From positions 43,960,001 to 44,024,000 of the forward strand of contig NC_086097.1 of assembly GCF_963921235.1 (NCBI RefSeq): DNA of 64,000 bases, written 5' to 3'. A model generated the notes under the pieces. The model did not search any database, was not told where the DNA came from, and saw only the letters and a list, made by a program, of their open reading frames with translations. Positions within the stretch are counted from its first letter, which is position 1. Each line of letters starts with the position of its first letter. The position numbers were made by a program, and so were the translations under genes. Shown in pieces: positions 1 through 10,677 of this stretch. Source of the DNA: Mobula hypostoma (lineage: Eukaryota).

Positions 1-27
1 AATTTTAAAGATGGCTCATACAATGCC

Positions 28-3000
28 TTTATACTTTATACTTTATACTTCATTGTCGCCAAACAATTGATACTAGAACGTACAATCATCACAGCAATAT
101 TTGATTCTGCACTTTACACTCTCCGGATTACAAATATTAAAAATAGTTAAAATTAGTAAATATTAAAAATTTAAATTATAAATCATAAATAGAAAATAGA
201 AAAATGGGAAGTAAGGTAGTGCAAAAAAGCCGAGAGGCAGGTCCGGATATTTGGAGGGTATGGCCCAGATCCGGGTCAGGATCCGTTCAGCAGTCCTATC
301 ACAGCTGGAAAGAAGCTGTTCCCAAATCTGGCCGTATGAGTCTTCAAGCTCCTGAACCTTCTCCCGGAGGGAAGAGGGACGAAAAGTCTGTTGGCTGGGT
401 GGGTCGTGTCCTTGATTATCCTGGCAGCACTGTTCTGACAGCGTGCGGTGTAAAGTGAGTCCACGGACGGAAGATTGGTTTGTGTGATGTGCTGTGCCGT
501 GTTCATGATCTTCTGTAGCTTCTTTCGGTCTTGGACAGGACAACCTCCATACCAGGTTGCGATGCACCCTAGAAGAATGCTTTCTACGGTGCATTTATAA
601 AAATTAGTGAGGGTTTTAGGGGACAGGCCAAATTTGTTTAGTTTTCTCAGGAAGTAAAGGCGCTGGTGGGCCTTCTTGGCAGTGAACTCTGCTTGGTTGG
701 ACCAAGTCAGGTCATTTGTGATATTGACCCTGAGGAACTTAAAGCTTTTGACCTGTTCCACTTGCATCCCACCGACGTAAATTGGGTCGTGTGGTCCGCT
801 ACTCCTTCTGAAATCAACAACCAATTCCTTCGTCTTGCTGACGTTGAGGGATAGGTTATTGTCTTCGCACCATGCCACCAGGTTCTTAATTTCCTCTCTG
901 TACTCAAACTCATCATTACCCGAGATACCGCCTACAATTGTTGTGTCATCAGCAAACTTATATATTGAGTTTGATGGAAACTTGGCTACACAATCATGGG
1001 TATACAGTGACCATAGCAGGGGGCTGAGTACACAGCCTTGTGGGGCACCGGTGCTCAGAGTGATTGTAGAGGAGAGCTTGTCCCCTATTTTTACAGCCTG
1101 GGTCCTGTCTGTGAGGAAGTTGAAGATCCAGCTGCAGATCTGAGTGCTAAGGCCCAGGTTCCGGAGCTTAGGAATCAGTTTATTTGGAATGATGGTATTA
1201 AAGGCAGAGCTGTAGTCAATGAAAAGGAGTCTTACATATGCGTCTTTATTCTCCAGGTGTTCTAGGGAGGAATATAGGGCCAGAGAGATGGCATCTGTTG
1301 TTGACCTGTTGCTCCGGTAGGCGAATTGCAAAGCGTCGAGGTTGACCGGTAGGCTGTGGTTGATGTGTGCCATAACCAATCTCTCGAAGCACTTCATAGC
1401 AATTGATGTCAGAGCCACAGGTCGATAATCATTCAGGCATGCCACCTTGCTCTTCTTCGGCACTGGGATTATCGTTGCCTTCTTAAAACACGAGGGGATC
1501 TTAGACTGAAGCAAGGAGCAGTTGAAGATGTCAGCAAACACTGCAGCTAGCTTGCTTGCACAGGCCCGGAGAACCCCTCCCGGGACGCCATCTGGGCCCA
1601 TCGCCTTCCTTGGATTTATCTTCAGGAAGGCCCTTCTAACGACCTTCTCGGTGACGATGAATCTCGATGCCACCAGGTCCGGTTCATCCAGAGGGAGCGG
1701 GACGCTCCTCTTCTATTCAAATCTTGCGTAGAATACGTTAAGTTCGTCAGGAAGAGAAGCGCCACAGTTATTGATATTCCCAGCCTTTTCCTTGTGCCCA
1801 GTGATCTCATTTAGACCCTGCCACAGTCTACTGGCATCCCTTTGGTTAGCCCGGGCTTCCAACTTGGCTCGATATTGCTTCTTGGCGCCCTTAATGCTTT
1901 CCGGAGTTCACGCCTGGATTCCGTGTAGCGACTGGTATCCCCGAACCTAAAAGCCGCAGCTCTAGCCTTTAAAAGGGACTTGACCTCATAATTCATCTAA
2001 GGTTTCCGGTTAGGGAATACCCAGATCATCTTGTGAGATACACAGTCCTCCGTGCATTTCCAAATAAAGTCCGTGACAGCTGAGGCATACTCATCGAGGT
2101 TAGCTGCCAAGTCCTTGAATACTAACCAGTCCACCGATTCAAAGCAGTCACAGAGGACCTCATCCGTTTCCTCCATCCAACGCGACACTACTTTTGACAC
2201 CGTGGCCTCCCGCTTCAGTTTCTGTTTGTAAGTCGGGAGGAGGAGTATGGCCTGATGGTCCAATTTTCCGAAGTGAGGTCGTGGGACGGAACGGTAGGCA
2301 TCCTTGACTGCTGTGTAGCAGTGGTCAAGTATATTTGGGCCTCTAGTGGGGCAGGAGACATGTTGGTATAACTTTGGCAGCGCCTTTCTGAGGTTGGCCT
2401 GGTTAAAGTCCCCGGCTGTAATGAGCAAAGCCTCCGGATACCTGGTCTCAAGTTCACTGATGTTGGCATACAGTATGTTCAGAGCACATTCTACGTCCAC
2501 CTTGGGGGGAATGTAGACCGCTGTCAGTATGACCGAGGTGAATTCCCGTGGCAGATAGTAGGGACGACACTTCACCGACAGGTGTTCCTGGTCCGGGCTG
2601 CAGGAGCTTGTCAGTGCCACTGTGTCCGAGCACCATGCAGTGTTGATCAGTAGGCAGACACCACCTCCGCTCGTCTTGCCCGAAGACGCCATACGGTCCA
2701 TCCAAAGGATCAAAAATCCCTCCGGTCGGATGGCACAGTCGGGGGTGGCAGGGGAGAGCCAGGTCTCGGTGAAACAGAATACACAGCAGTTCTGCATCTC
2801 CCTGCAGTAGGTGAGCCTCCCTTTAAGATCATCCACCTTGTTCTCTATGGCTTGCACATTAGCTAGTAGGATGGTGGGCATAGGGACCCTGAAGCCCCTC
2901 AGCTTCAATCTGACCAGCAGCCCAGCTCTTTTCCCACGCTTCCTTGGTAAGTAGTGCATTTTTCCAGGTCTCCATCGATGCAGTGTGTTGTTGTCAGCTC

Positions 3001-3047
3001 TTTGATGTTGGCGGGTCACGTCGTCGTGCACTCCAGCTCAGGCTGAG
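28..3047 (-). mobile_element. Rex1/Babar-type LINE, 5'-truncated, with frameshift/stop between endonuclease and RT
   Basis: APE motifs (LANVQ, FTETWL, VYIPP, GDFN, LDH in place of SDH) in ORF 1997-3031. RT in ORF 276-1673 ([34 protein letters not shown]). (TATAAAG)n 3' tail at 28-50. Confidence 0.9.
276..1673 (-). CDS. Open RT plus C-terminal portion of Rex1/Babar ORF2 (fragment of a disrupted ORF)
   Basis: 465-aa open frame with non-LTR RT motifs, ending [15 protein letters not shown]. It is separated from the endonuclease by stops and a frameshift. Confidence 0.8.
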   Translation of the reverse strand: MASRFIVTEKVVRRAFLKINPRKAMGPDGVPGGVLRACASKLAAVFADIFNCSLLQSKIPSCFKKATIIPVPKKSKVACLNDYRPVALTSIAMKCFERLVMAHINHSLPVNLDALQFAYRSNRSTTDAISLALYSSLEHLENKDAYVRLLFIDYSSAFNTIIPNKLIPKLRNLGLSTQICSWIFNFLTDRTQAVKIGDKLSSTITLSTGAPQGCVLSPLLWSLYTHDCVAKFPSNSIYKFADDTTIVGGISGNDEFEYREEIKNLVAWCEDNNLSLNVSKTKELVVDFRRSSGPHDPIYVGGMQVEQVKSFKFLRVNITNDLTWSNQAEFTAKKAHQRLYFLRKLNKFGLSPKTLTNFYKCTVESILLGCIATWYGGCPVQDRKKLQKIMNTAQHITQTNLPSVDSLYTARCQNSAARIIKDTTHPANRLFVPLPSGRRFRSLKTHTARFGNSFFPAVIGLLNGS

Positions 3048-3951
3048 CAACCTTTGTGTCGTCTGCAAACTTGCCAACCCACCCTTCTACCCCCATATCC
3101 AGGTCATTAATAAAAATCATGAAAAGTACAGGTCCCAGAACAGATCCTTGTGGGACACCACTAGTCACAATTCTCCAATCTGAATGTACTCCCTCCATCA
3201 CGACCCCCTGCCTTCTGCAGGCAAGCCAATTCTGAATCCACCTGGCCAAACTTCCCTGGATCCCAAGCCTTCTGACTTTCTGAATAAGCCTACCATGTGG
3301 AACCTTGTCAAATGCCTTACTAAAATCCATATAGATCACATCCACTGCACTACCCTCATCTATATGCCTGGGCACCTCCTCAAAGAACTCTATCAGGCTT
3401 GTTAGACACGATCTGCCCTTCACAAAGCCATGCTGACTGTCCCTGATCAGACCATGATTCTCTAAATGCCCAGAGATCCTATCTCTAAGAATCTTTTCCA
3501 ACAGCTTTCCCACCACAGACATAAGGCTCACTGGTCTATAATTACCTGGACTATCCCTACTACCTTTTTTGAACAAAGGGACAACATTCGCCCCCTCCCA
3601 TCCTCCGGTACCATTCCCGTGAATAACGAGGACATAAAGATCCTAGCCAGAGGCTCAGCAATCTCTTCCCTCGCCTTGTGGAGCAGCCTGGGGAATATTC
3701 CATCAGGCCCTGGGGACTTATCGGTCCTAATGTATTTTAACAACTCCAACACCTCCTCTCCCTTAATATCAACATGCTCCAGAACATCAACCTCACTCAT
3801 ACTGTCCTCGCCGTCATCAAGTTCCCTCTCATTGGTGAATACCGAAGAGAAGTATTCATTGAGGACCTCGCTCACTTCCACAGCCTCCAGGCACATCTTC
3901 CCACCTTTATTTCTAATCGGTCCTACCTTCACTCCTGTCATCCTTTTGTTC
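3048..3951 (-). mobile_element. CR1 LINE internal ORF2 fragment
   Basis: [53 protein letters not shown] and KFADD in two frames. Confidence 0.9.
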
Positions 3952-3967
3952 TAAAATTATTCCAAAA

Positions 3968-4158
3968 TTAAAGTCACTTAGATCGCATTTGTCCACCTTT
4001 CTGATCACATTTCTGACATTTGGTCTGAACACCAACTGAACCTCTTGACCATGTCAGCATACTTTGCTGCATTGAGCTGCTGCCACATGATTGTCTGATT
4101 AGATATTTGGATTAACAAACAGGTGTAGGTGTACTTAATAAGTTGACCAATGAGTGTA
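3968..4158. mobile_element. Probable Tc1/mariner terminal fragment
   Basis: Resembles, from recall, a common fish Tc1-type end (…GCTGCCACATGATT…CAGGTGTA…TGAGTG) followed by TA at 4157-4158. No transposase is present. Confidence 0.55.
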
Positions 4159-5779
4159 TGTTGGCATAGAGCTTTTCCTTGGTTGACCTGTACTTTTCAA
4201 TTCAATGTATAGCCTCAGAGTGCCCAGAGCAAAAGATCATTGAATTTCAAGTACAAGTTTTGTCCATTGAATTAACTGATTGTAACTTTATGCATCAATT
4301 TAAAAATGTTATGCTTCAAATTCCTTTAACCCATAAAATGGACATAGGTCCTGTCAGGGTTAATTGTCATTGTCGGTTCCACTCATTGTGCTGATCTGTG
4401 GGTTTACAAAGAGGATGCCAAACTTTGGTAAGAGTGATCAGGTTTTAAAAACTTGTGTATAACTTTTCAAAATATATCAAAAAACTGGCAACTGGATACC
4501 AATATCCATTCTGTCTAGTTTTATTTAAAAGGACTCTCAGTTACATAAAGCTAGTTAAAAAGAATTAAATTATTTTTAAAATAAACTCAACAGGTAAATA
4601 CAATAACTTTATGCAGTTATTTAAATGTTTAATAGTTTATGATTTCATCAACAAATTTTACCTGTTAATTTATTGTGTTCGTTTGACAGTAATGATATAT
4701 TTGTAAGAAAAAACTACAACTTAATCAGGTCATAGGTTATATGATACTCTTGAGTATTTCTAACTGGAGTACCTGCAGTAATGAACTGTGAATATTATTA
4801 ATGAAAATATTTTATTGTTGTTGTGATTAGCTGGCAATGTTTTTATTTATCAGGGTTTATCAATAAAAACAAAGTCCTGCCCCCACCAGCCTCCGGGTCC
4901 AACATATTATTCTCCGTAACTTCCGCCACCTCCAATGGGATCCCACCACTAAGCACATCTTTCCCTCCCCACCTCTCTCTGCATTCCGCAGGGATCGCTC
5001 CCTACACGACTCCCTTGTCCATTCGTCCCCCCCATCCCTCCCCACTGATCTCCCTCCTGGCACTTATCCGTGTAAGTGGAACAAGTGCTACACATGCCCT
5101 TACACTTCCTCCCTTACCACCATTCAGGGTCCCAAACAGTCCTTCCAGGTGAGGCATCACTTCACCTGTGAGTCAGCTGGGGTGATATACTGCATCTGGT
5201 GCTCCCGATGTGGCCTTTTATATATTGGCGAGACCCGACGCAGACTGGGAGACCGCTTTGCTGAACACCTATGCTCTGTCCACCAGAGAAAGCAGGATCT
5301 CCCAGTGGCCACACATTTTAATTCCACATCCCATTCCCATTCTGACATGTCTATCCACGGCCTCCTCTACTGTAAAGATGAAGCCACACTCAGGTTGGAG
5401 GAATAACACCTTATATTCCATCTGGGTAGCCTCCAACCTGATGGCATGAACATTGACTTCTCTAACTTCCGCTAAAGCCCCACCTCCCCCTCGTACCCCA
5501 TCTGTTATTTATTTATATATACACACATTCTTTCTCTCTCTCTCTCTCTCTCCTTTTTCTCCCACTGTCCCTCTGACTATACCCCTTGCCCATCCTCTGG
5601 GCTCCCCCCCCCTTGTCTTTCTCCCCGGACCTCCTGTCCCATGATCCTCTCATATCCCCTTTGCCTATCACCTGTCCAGCTCTTTGCTCCATCCCTCCCC
5701 CTCCTGTCTTCTCCTATCATTTTCAATCTCCTCCCTCCCCCTCCCACTTTGAAATCTCTTACTATCTCTTCTTTCAGTT

Positions 5780-5815
5780 AGTCCTGACGAAGAGTCTCGG
5801 CCCGAAACGTCAACT
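5780..5815 (+). ncRNA. Minimal type I hammerhead ribozyme motif in pLTR (stem mismatches)
   Basis: AGTC-CTGACGA-AGAGTCTCGGCCC-GAAACGTC-AACT. Core is intact; one mismatch each in stems I and II. Confidence 0.75.
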
Positions 5816-5823
5816 GTACCTCT

Positions 5824-6681
5824 TGTTACGTACCCCGTAACTGGGTTGCCAAACCAGCAGAAATGGATCACTCAGTTGGAGTCTGGAGTACTAGAACTAA
5901 GAAAGTTTTATTAAAGAAACAAGCAACACAGTAATCGAAAGGATAATAAATGCAACAGTTCAGTGATGATAAACACACATGTGCACAGAATTAAGATAAC
6001 AGCATCAATCAAGCTCTATCGTTGTCTAGGGGTAAATGACCAATTTCAAAATGACTCAAAGTTCAGTCCAGTTTAGTAGTTCAGTTCGCAGTAATCGTTG
6101 TCATGGCGATGGACAAGGTGGGGAAGAGAGACATAGAATAGGAACAACTGATCATTCAGCACAGCTTCACTCACAGACCAGCGGGATGGCTCACAAACAG
6201 CATTTGGGCGGGTCCTTGGTGATGTCACCTGAGGTCACCGACTGTGACCCCTCCTCCAGATGCGGTCGATCCTCTGCAGTGAACCCGGCACCCAGGCAAG
6301 GGCGGACACACACCGGGTTCCCGCTGATCGTACCTTTCCACCCTGTGCGTTGTCCGATTCTTCTCACCACTCGTGAGAGGCGCACCGCTTCCAGGGTCTC
6401 GTTACCTCGGGTGGCGTGTGTGTCTGTCTTAGCGAACCTGTCCCTTTTTATCCCCCTGCTGGGGTATCGCCTGTCCATCACTTCAAACAGTTCAGGGTTC
6501 AAAGGGGGGAGCCGCTCCAGACAGCTCTTCCTCCCACATCCCTTCATTACACATCTCCAGACGCTGCTCCATTGTTCCTTATCTCTCCTTCCCCTGAGGG
6601 CAGGTGGCAGACCAACTGCTGATGCCACTGATGCTAGCCCAGGCCAGCAAACATCTTAATTTTATGTGTATTCTCGTAACA
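5824..6681 (-). repeat. 3' LTR (858 bp)
   Basis: TG…CA termini with 7-bp inverted repeat. Adjacent PPT. AATAAA on the minus strand at about 5907-5912. Confidence 0.95.
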
Positions 6682-6695
6682 CTTCCCCCCTTTAA
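6682..6695 (-). promoter_or_regulatory. Polypurine tract
   Basis: Minus strand reads TTAAAGGGGGGAAG immediately before the 3' LTR. Confidence 0.85.
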
Positions 6696-6853
6696 GGATT
6701 TTTACCGGGAGGTAAAAATTACAAACATGACTACATTATCTGATACATACACAATATACATCTTTAACAGTTATTTAGCTAATACAGAGAATTTGAAGCT
6801 GTCAATACCTTGACAGACAGTCATCACATTTTCTGTTCCTTTTACACGTGTTA

Positions 6854-9700
6854 TTAATAATCCCTTAGACCAGGCTCCAACTCAGCAAACTTCATAGTGG
6901 CCAAAAACACTGATGAATTGCGACCAATGTAACCTCTCATTTGGTTTTGTCCCGGACCACAACAACAAGGGTCGTCCCATTCCGACTCAATTTTCCCTCG
7001 CAAGGGCTTAGTAGGAGGGGGACGGGTATTGACCGCAGAGTTATTGCAAAACTTCCTGCAGTACCCCACCATCTCCAAAAGCCTTCTGAGGGCCCTCTTG
7101 TCTGTCGGGGTTGGGAGGTCAGCGATAGCCTGCACTGTAGCTTGCATCACTGCCAGCTGCCCCTGTGTCACCACAATTCCCAGGTAAGTGACATTCGTGT
7201 GGCCGAATTCATTTTTTCCAAGGTTCACTATCAAGCTGGCTTCAGACAGCCGTGTTAGATTGCCAATACACACCTCTGTGTTCATCAGCCCTTTAGTCAC
7301 TGAGTTACTCAAAAAATATGGGTGTTGTTTACTTGGCCGCCCTATTGTAACAGACATAACCCAACGTCCCAGTTCTTTGCATTTCCTCGGGACAATCAAA
7401 CACATGGGTGCGAGTCGTTTAATTACTCCTTCGGGGATTAAGGGAGAGACCTTATCAGTAGACCTGGCCAAAACAATAGCCTTCTCCCATCTGACCGATC
7501 CCATCCTAATCTTTTCAAAATGGTTTTTTCCTCTTAGCAAGGGGCCCCTAGCTTCATTGATTTCCACGCTAACACCGACTAGGTTTGTTAGCATATCAAA
7601 AGCCGGTGACCGTCTCAGTTCGCGTCGGTCATGATCAATAACATTTTTCCCCCTGGGCAGCCGGTAACTCTCTTTCATGATTCCACCAACTGTTTCCTCC
7701 AGCACCGCAAAATGTCCACCGGGGGGTACCTCGTGGGCCATGTTAAAAACCTCATCCCCATAACTCTTTTGCACCACCCCCCACTCCTCATCTGCGGATG
7801 CTGTACTTGATTTCCCTTTCTTCCTTAGCACCTCCTTATCCGCACAATAGCTTGTCAAGGCTGTGTCAGAGAGAGCGGTCTCGGCCAAAACCATCAGCCC
7901 CTCGTCTCGCTCCTGCGTCTGCACAAATTCTTTCCTGGCTACTGCTACGTCCGTCCCAGCTCCCTCACTACCTCTTATCTCACTACACCCTGTCTCATAC
8001 AAGGTTGGCAGAAATGTTTCAGCCAAGTTCACCATCGCGGGCGGGGCCTCCATGCTGGCAGGCTGACCCGTCAATCTCACGACTGGGAACACGATTCCTC
8101 CGGCGATGTCATTACCGAGCAAGACTTCCACGTCTTTCATCGGTAATTCGGACCTCACCCCGATCGTGACTAGTCCAGAGACCAGGTTGCTCTGTAAATG
8201 TATCTGGTGCAAAGGGACTGACTCTGTCCCTTCCCCAACACCTTTGACCTCTACCTCCCCAGTCTGGGTCTCTGAGCTAAACTCTAATACACTCTTCAGT
8301 ATTAGTGACTGACACGCTCCCGTGTCTCTCCAGATCCGCACTGGAACTGGTTTTAACCTCTCCTTCACTGACACCAGTCCGGCCGAGATAAACCTCTCGC
8401 GCCCTTCCTGGACTTTTTCAGACCTGTCCTTCCCTAGCGGTTCGCTTAACAGCTCAATACAGCCATTCAAAATTTCCGCTTTTCCTTTCCCCGTCTCCTT
8501 CCTTGGGGCAAAGCACCTGGACGCAAAGTGTCCGACTTTCCCACAATTATAACAGACGACTCCAGGAGACTTCCTACCAGACTGCTCCCGGTCTACCTTA
8601 TCCTTTTCACTAGTCCCCGGCTTACTTTCTGACTTTTCCGGTGGACTCTCCCCGCCGTCCTGACTACCCTTCTGGTAGCCTTTACTCGGGGCAACCTTCA
8701 TTTTATGCGTCAACGCATACTCATCCGCTAACTTAGCAGTTGCGGCTAACGTGGCTGCCTCTTTCTCATCGAGGTAGGGTCTCATACCCTCAGGGACACA
8801 ACCTTTAAACTGCTCAATCAGAACCAGTTGCAGCAGTCTGTCATAATCCCCCTCTACCCCTTTCGAGGCGCACCAACGCTCACAATATGTTTGCATCTCA
8901 CGAGCAAACTCCAAATACGTGCGGTCCCACCGCTTCCTCGCATTCCGGAACCTCTGCCGGTATGCCTCCGGGACCAACTCATAAGTCCTGAGGATGGCCT
9001 CCTTCACCACCTCATACTTCTGGGCATCTTCCGGGGATAAAGCGGAGTAAGCTTGTTGGGCTTTCCCTTTCAGTACACTCTGAAGTAAAACAACCCACTT
9101 ATCCCTCGGCCAATCCTGACTTATAGCTACTTTTTCGAAGTGGAGAAAGTACCGATCCACATCGGTATCGTCAAAAGGGGGAACCAGCCTAACCTCCTGG
9201 GTCGCCCGGAACCCTCCACCTTGGTTCGGCACGAGCCCCTGCTCGGCCCTTATCCTTAACTTTTCCAGCTCAAATTCCCTTTCCCTCTGTTTCTCCTCTC
9301 TCTCCAACTGTCTGTCCCTCTCTCTCTCTTCTCTCTCCAACTGTCTTTCTCTCTCTTGCCTTTCTAACTCTCTCTCTTTCTCCTGCCTTTCTAACTCTCT
9401 CTCTTTCTCCTGCCTTTCTAACTGCCGTACCCGGAACTCGTGCTCGAGTCTCAGTTTTTCAAGCTGTACCTGTACCGCGTCTCCAGCAGGTTTTTCAATA
9501 GACACCTCCCCCAGCTCACCTTGGGGAAACACACCTTTAGATACATAGTGCTCTACAATAGCTCTGTGTATCTCCTCTCTCCTCATTGTCGACTTCACCT
9601 TAGCAAGATTCACCCGTTTTGCCACAGCTATCAATTCCGATTTCCTGGCATCCTCTAATGCCTCCAAGGTCGGCGCCTTTATAAATTCCTCAACCTCCAT
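6854..9700 (-). CDS. Gag (coiled coil, SCAN-like capsid, CCHC knuckle) + aspartic protease + degenerate integrase/RT tail, 948 aa
   Basis: ATG start. PEAYRQRFR…EQF…LADEY SCAN-like region, CYNCGKVGHFASRC, RDTGACQS…LLGND protease. AHEVPPGGHF integrase Zn-finger half; KQHPY, VTYLG and VGYCRKFC RT remnants; no DDE core, YxDD or RNase H. Confidence 0.9.
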   Translation of the reverse strand: MEVEEFIKAPTLEALEDARKSELIAVAKRVNLAKVKSTMRREEIHRAIVEHYVSKGVFPQGELGEVSIEKPAGDAVQVQLEKLRLEHEFRVRQLERQEKERELERQEKERELERQERERQLEREERERDRQLEREEKQREREFELEKLRIRAEQGLVPNQGGGFRATQEVRLVPPFDDTDVDRYFLHFEKVAISQDWPRDKWVVLLQSVLKGKAQQAYSALSPEDAQKYEVVKEAILRTYELVPEAYRQRFRNARKRWDRTYLEFAREMQTYCERWCASKGVEGDYDRLLQLVLIEQFKGCVPEGMRPYLDEKEAATLAATAKLADEYALTHKMKVAPSKGYQKGSQDGGESPPEKSESKPGTSEKDKVDREQSGRKSPGVVCYNCGKVGHFASRCFAPRKETGKGKAEILNGCIELLSEPLGKDRSEKVQEGRERFISAGLVSVKERLKPVPVRIWRDTGACQSLILKSVLEFSSETQTGEVEVKGVGEGTESVPLHQIHLQSNLVSGLVTIGVRSELPMKDVEVLLGNDIAGGIVFPVVRLTGQPASMEAPPAMVNLAETFLPTLYETGCSEIRGSEGAGTDVAVARKEFVQTQERDEGLMVLAETALSDTALTSYCADKEVLRKKGKSSTASADEEWGVVQKSYGDEVFNMAHEVPPGGHFAVLEETVGGIMKESYRLPRGKNVIDHDRRELRRSPAFDMLTNLVGVSVEINEARGPLLRGKNHFEKIRMGSVRWEKAIVLARSTDKVSPLIPEGVIKRLAPMCLIVPRKCKELGRWVMSVTIGRPSKQHPYFLSNSVTKGLMNTEVCIGNLTRLSEASLIVNLGKNEFGHTNVTYLGIVVTQGQLAVMQATVQAIADLPTPTDKRALRRLLEMVGYCRKFCNNSAVNTRPPPTKPLRGKIESEWDDPCCCGPGQNQMRGYIGRNSSVFLATMKFAELEPGLRDY

Positions 9701-9769
9701 TTCTGCTGTTTGTCTTTTCTTTCTTTCGGGAATTTTAACCCAATCAATTTACTCCGTCCCAAATTTAGC

Positions 9770-9795
9770 GTTCAAAATCGCGGACGAGAACCCCA
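9770..9795 (-). promoter_or_regulatory. Primer-binding site, tRNA-Pro-like, imperfect
   Basis: Minus strand TGGGGTTCTCGTCCGCGATTTTGAAC versus the tRNA-Pro 3' complement TGGGGGCTCGTCCGGGATTTGAAC, 4 nt after the 5' LTR. Confidence 0.8.
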
Positions 9796-9799
9796 CTTA

Positions 9800-10677
9800 T
9801 GTTACGTACCCCGTAACTGGGTTGCCAAACCAGCAGAAATGGATCACTCAGTTGGAGTCTGGAGTACTAGAACTAAGAAAGTTTTATTACAGAAACAAGC
9901 AACACAGTAATCGAAAGGATAATAAATGCAACAGTTCAGTGATGATAAACACACATGTGCACAGAATTAAGATAACAGCATCAATCAAGCTCTATCGTTG
10001 TCTAGGGGTAAATGACCAATTTCAAAATGACTCAAAGTTCAGTCCAGTTTAGTAGTTCAGTTCGCAGTAATCGTTGTCATGGCGATGGACAAGGTGGGGA
10101 AGAGAGACATAGAATAGGAACAACTCATCATTCAGAACGGCTTCACTCACAGACCAGCAAGATGGCTCACAGACCAGCGAGATGGCTCACAAACAGCATT
10201 TGGGCGGGTCCTTGGTGATGTCACCTGAGGTCACCGACTGTGACCCCTCCTCCAGATGCGGTCGATCCTCTGCAGTGAACCCGGCACCCAGGCAAGGGCG
10301 GACACACACCGGGTTCCCGCTGATCGTACCTTTCCACCCTGTGCGTTGTCCGATTCTTCTCACCACTCGTGAGAGGCGCACCGCTTCCAGGGTCTCGTTA
10401 CCTCGGGTGGCGTGTGTGTCTGTCTTAGCGAACCTGTCCCTTTTTATCCCCCTGCTGGGGTATCGCCTGTCCATCACTTCAAACAGTTCAGGGTTCAAAG
10501 GGGGGAGCCGCTCCAGACAGCTCTTCCTCCCACATCCCTTCATTACACATCTCCAGACGCTGCTCCATTGTTCCTTATCTCTCCTTCCCCTGAGGGCAGG
10601 TGGCAGACCAACTGCTGATGCCACTGATGCTAGCCCAGGCCAGCAAACATCTTAATTTTATGTGTATTCTCGTAACA
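9800..10677 (-). repeat. 5' LTR (878 bp)
   Basis: Direct repeat of 5824-6681 with an extra 20-bp tandem unit near 10150-10190 and five substitutions seen by eye. Confidence 0.95.

Larger units (their letters stand above)
5824..10677 (-). mobile_element. Gmr1-like (Gypsy superfamily) LTR retrotransposon, non-autonomous, young
   Basis: Two near-identical TGTTACG…CGTAACA LTRs, TSD CTCT (5820-5823, 10678-10681), PBS, PPT and one 948-aa ORF with integrase remnants upstream of RT remnants. Confidence 0.95.

Noticed and set aside
6036..6659. 145-207 aa ORFs in both LTRs
   Set aside because: They recur only because the LTR is duplicated. No recognisable domain, and the plus-strand frame differs between the LTRs.
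9262..9423. CT-rich tandem repeat as a separate satellite
   Set aside because: It encodes the ERQEKEREL coiled-coil repeats of Gag.
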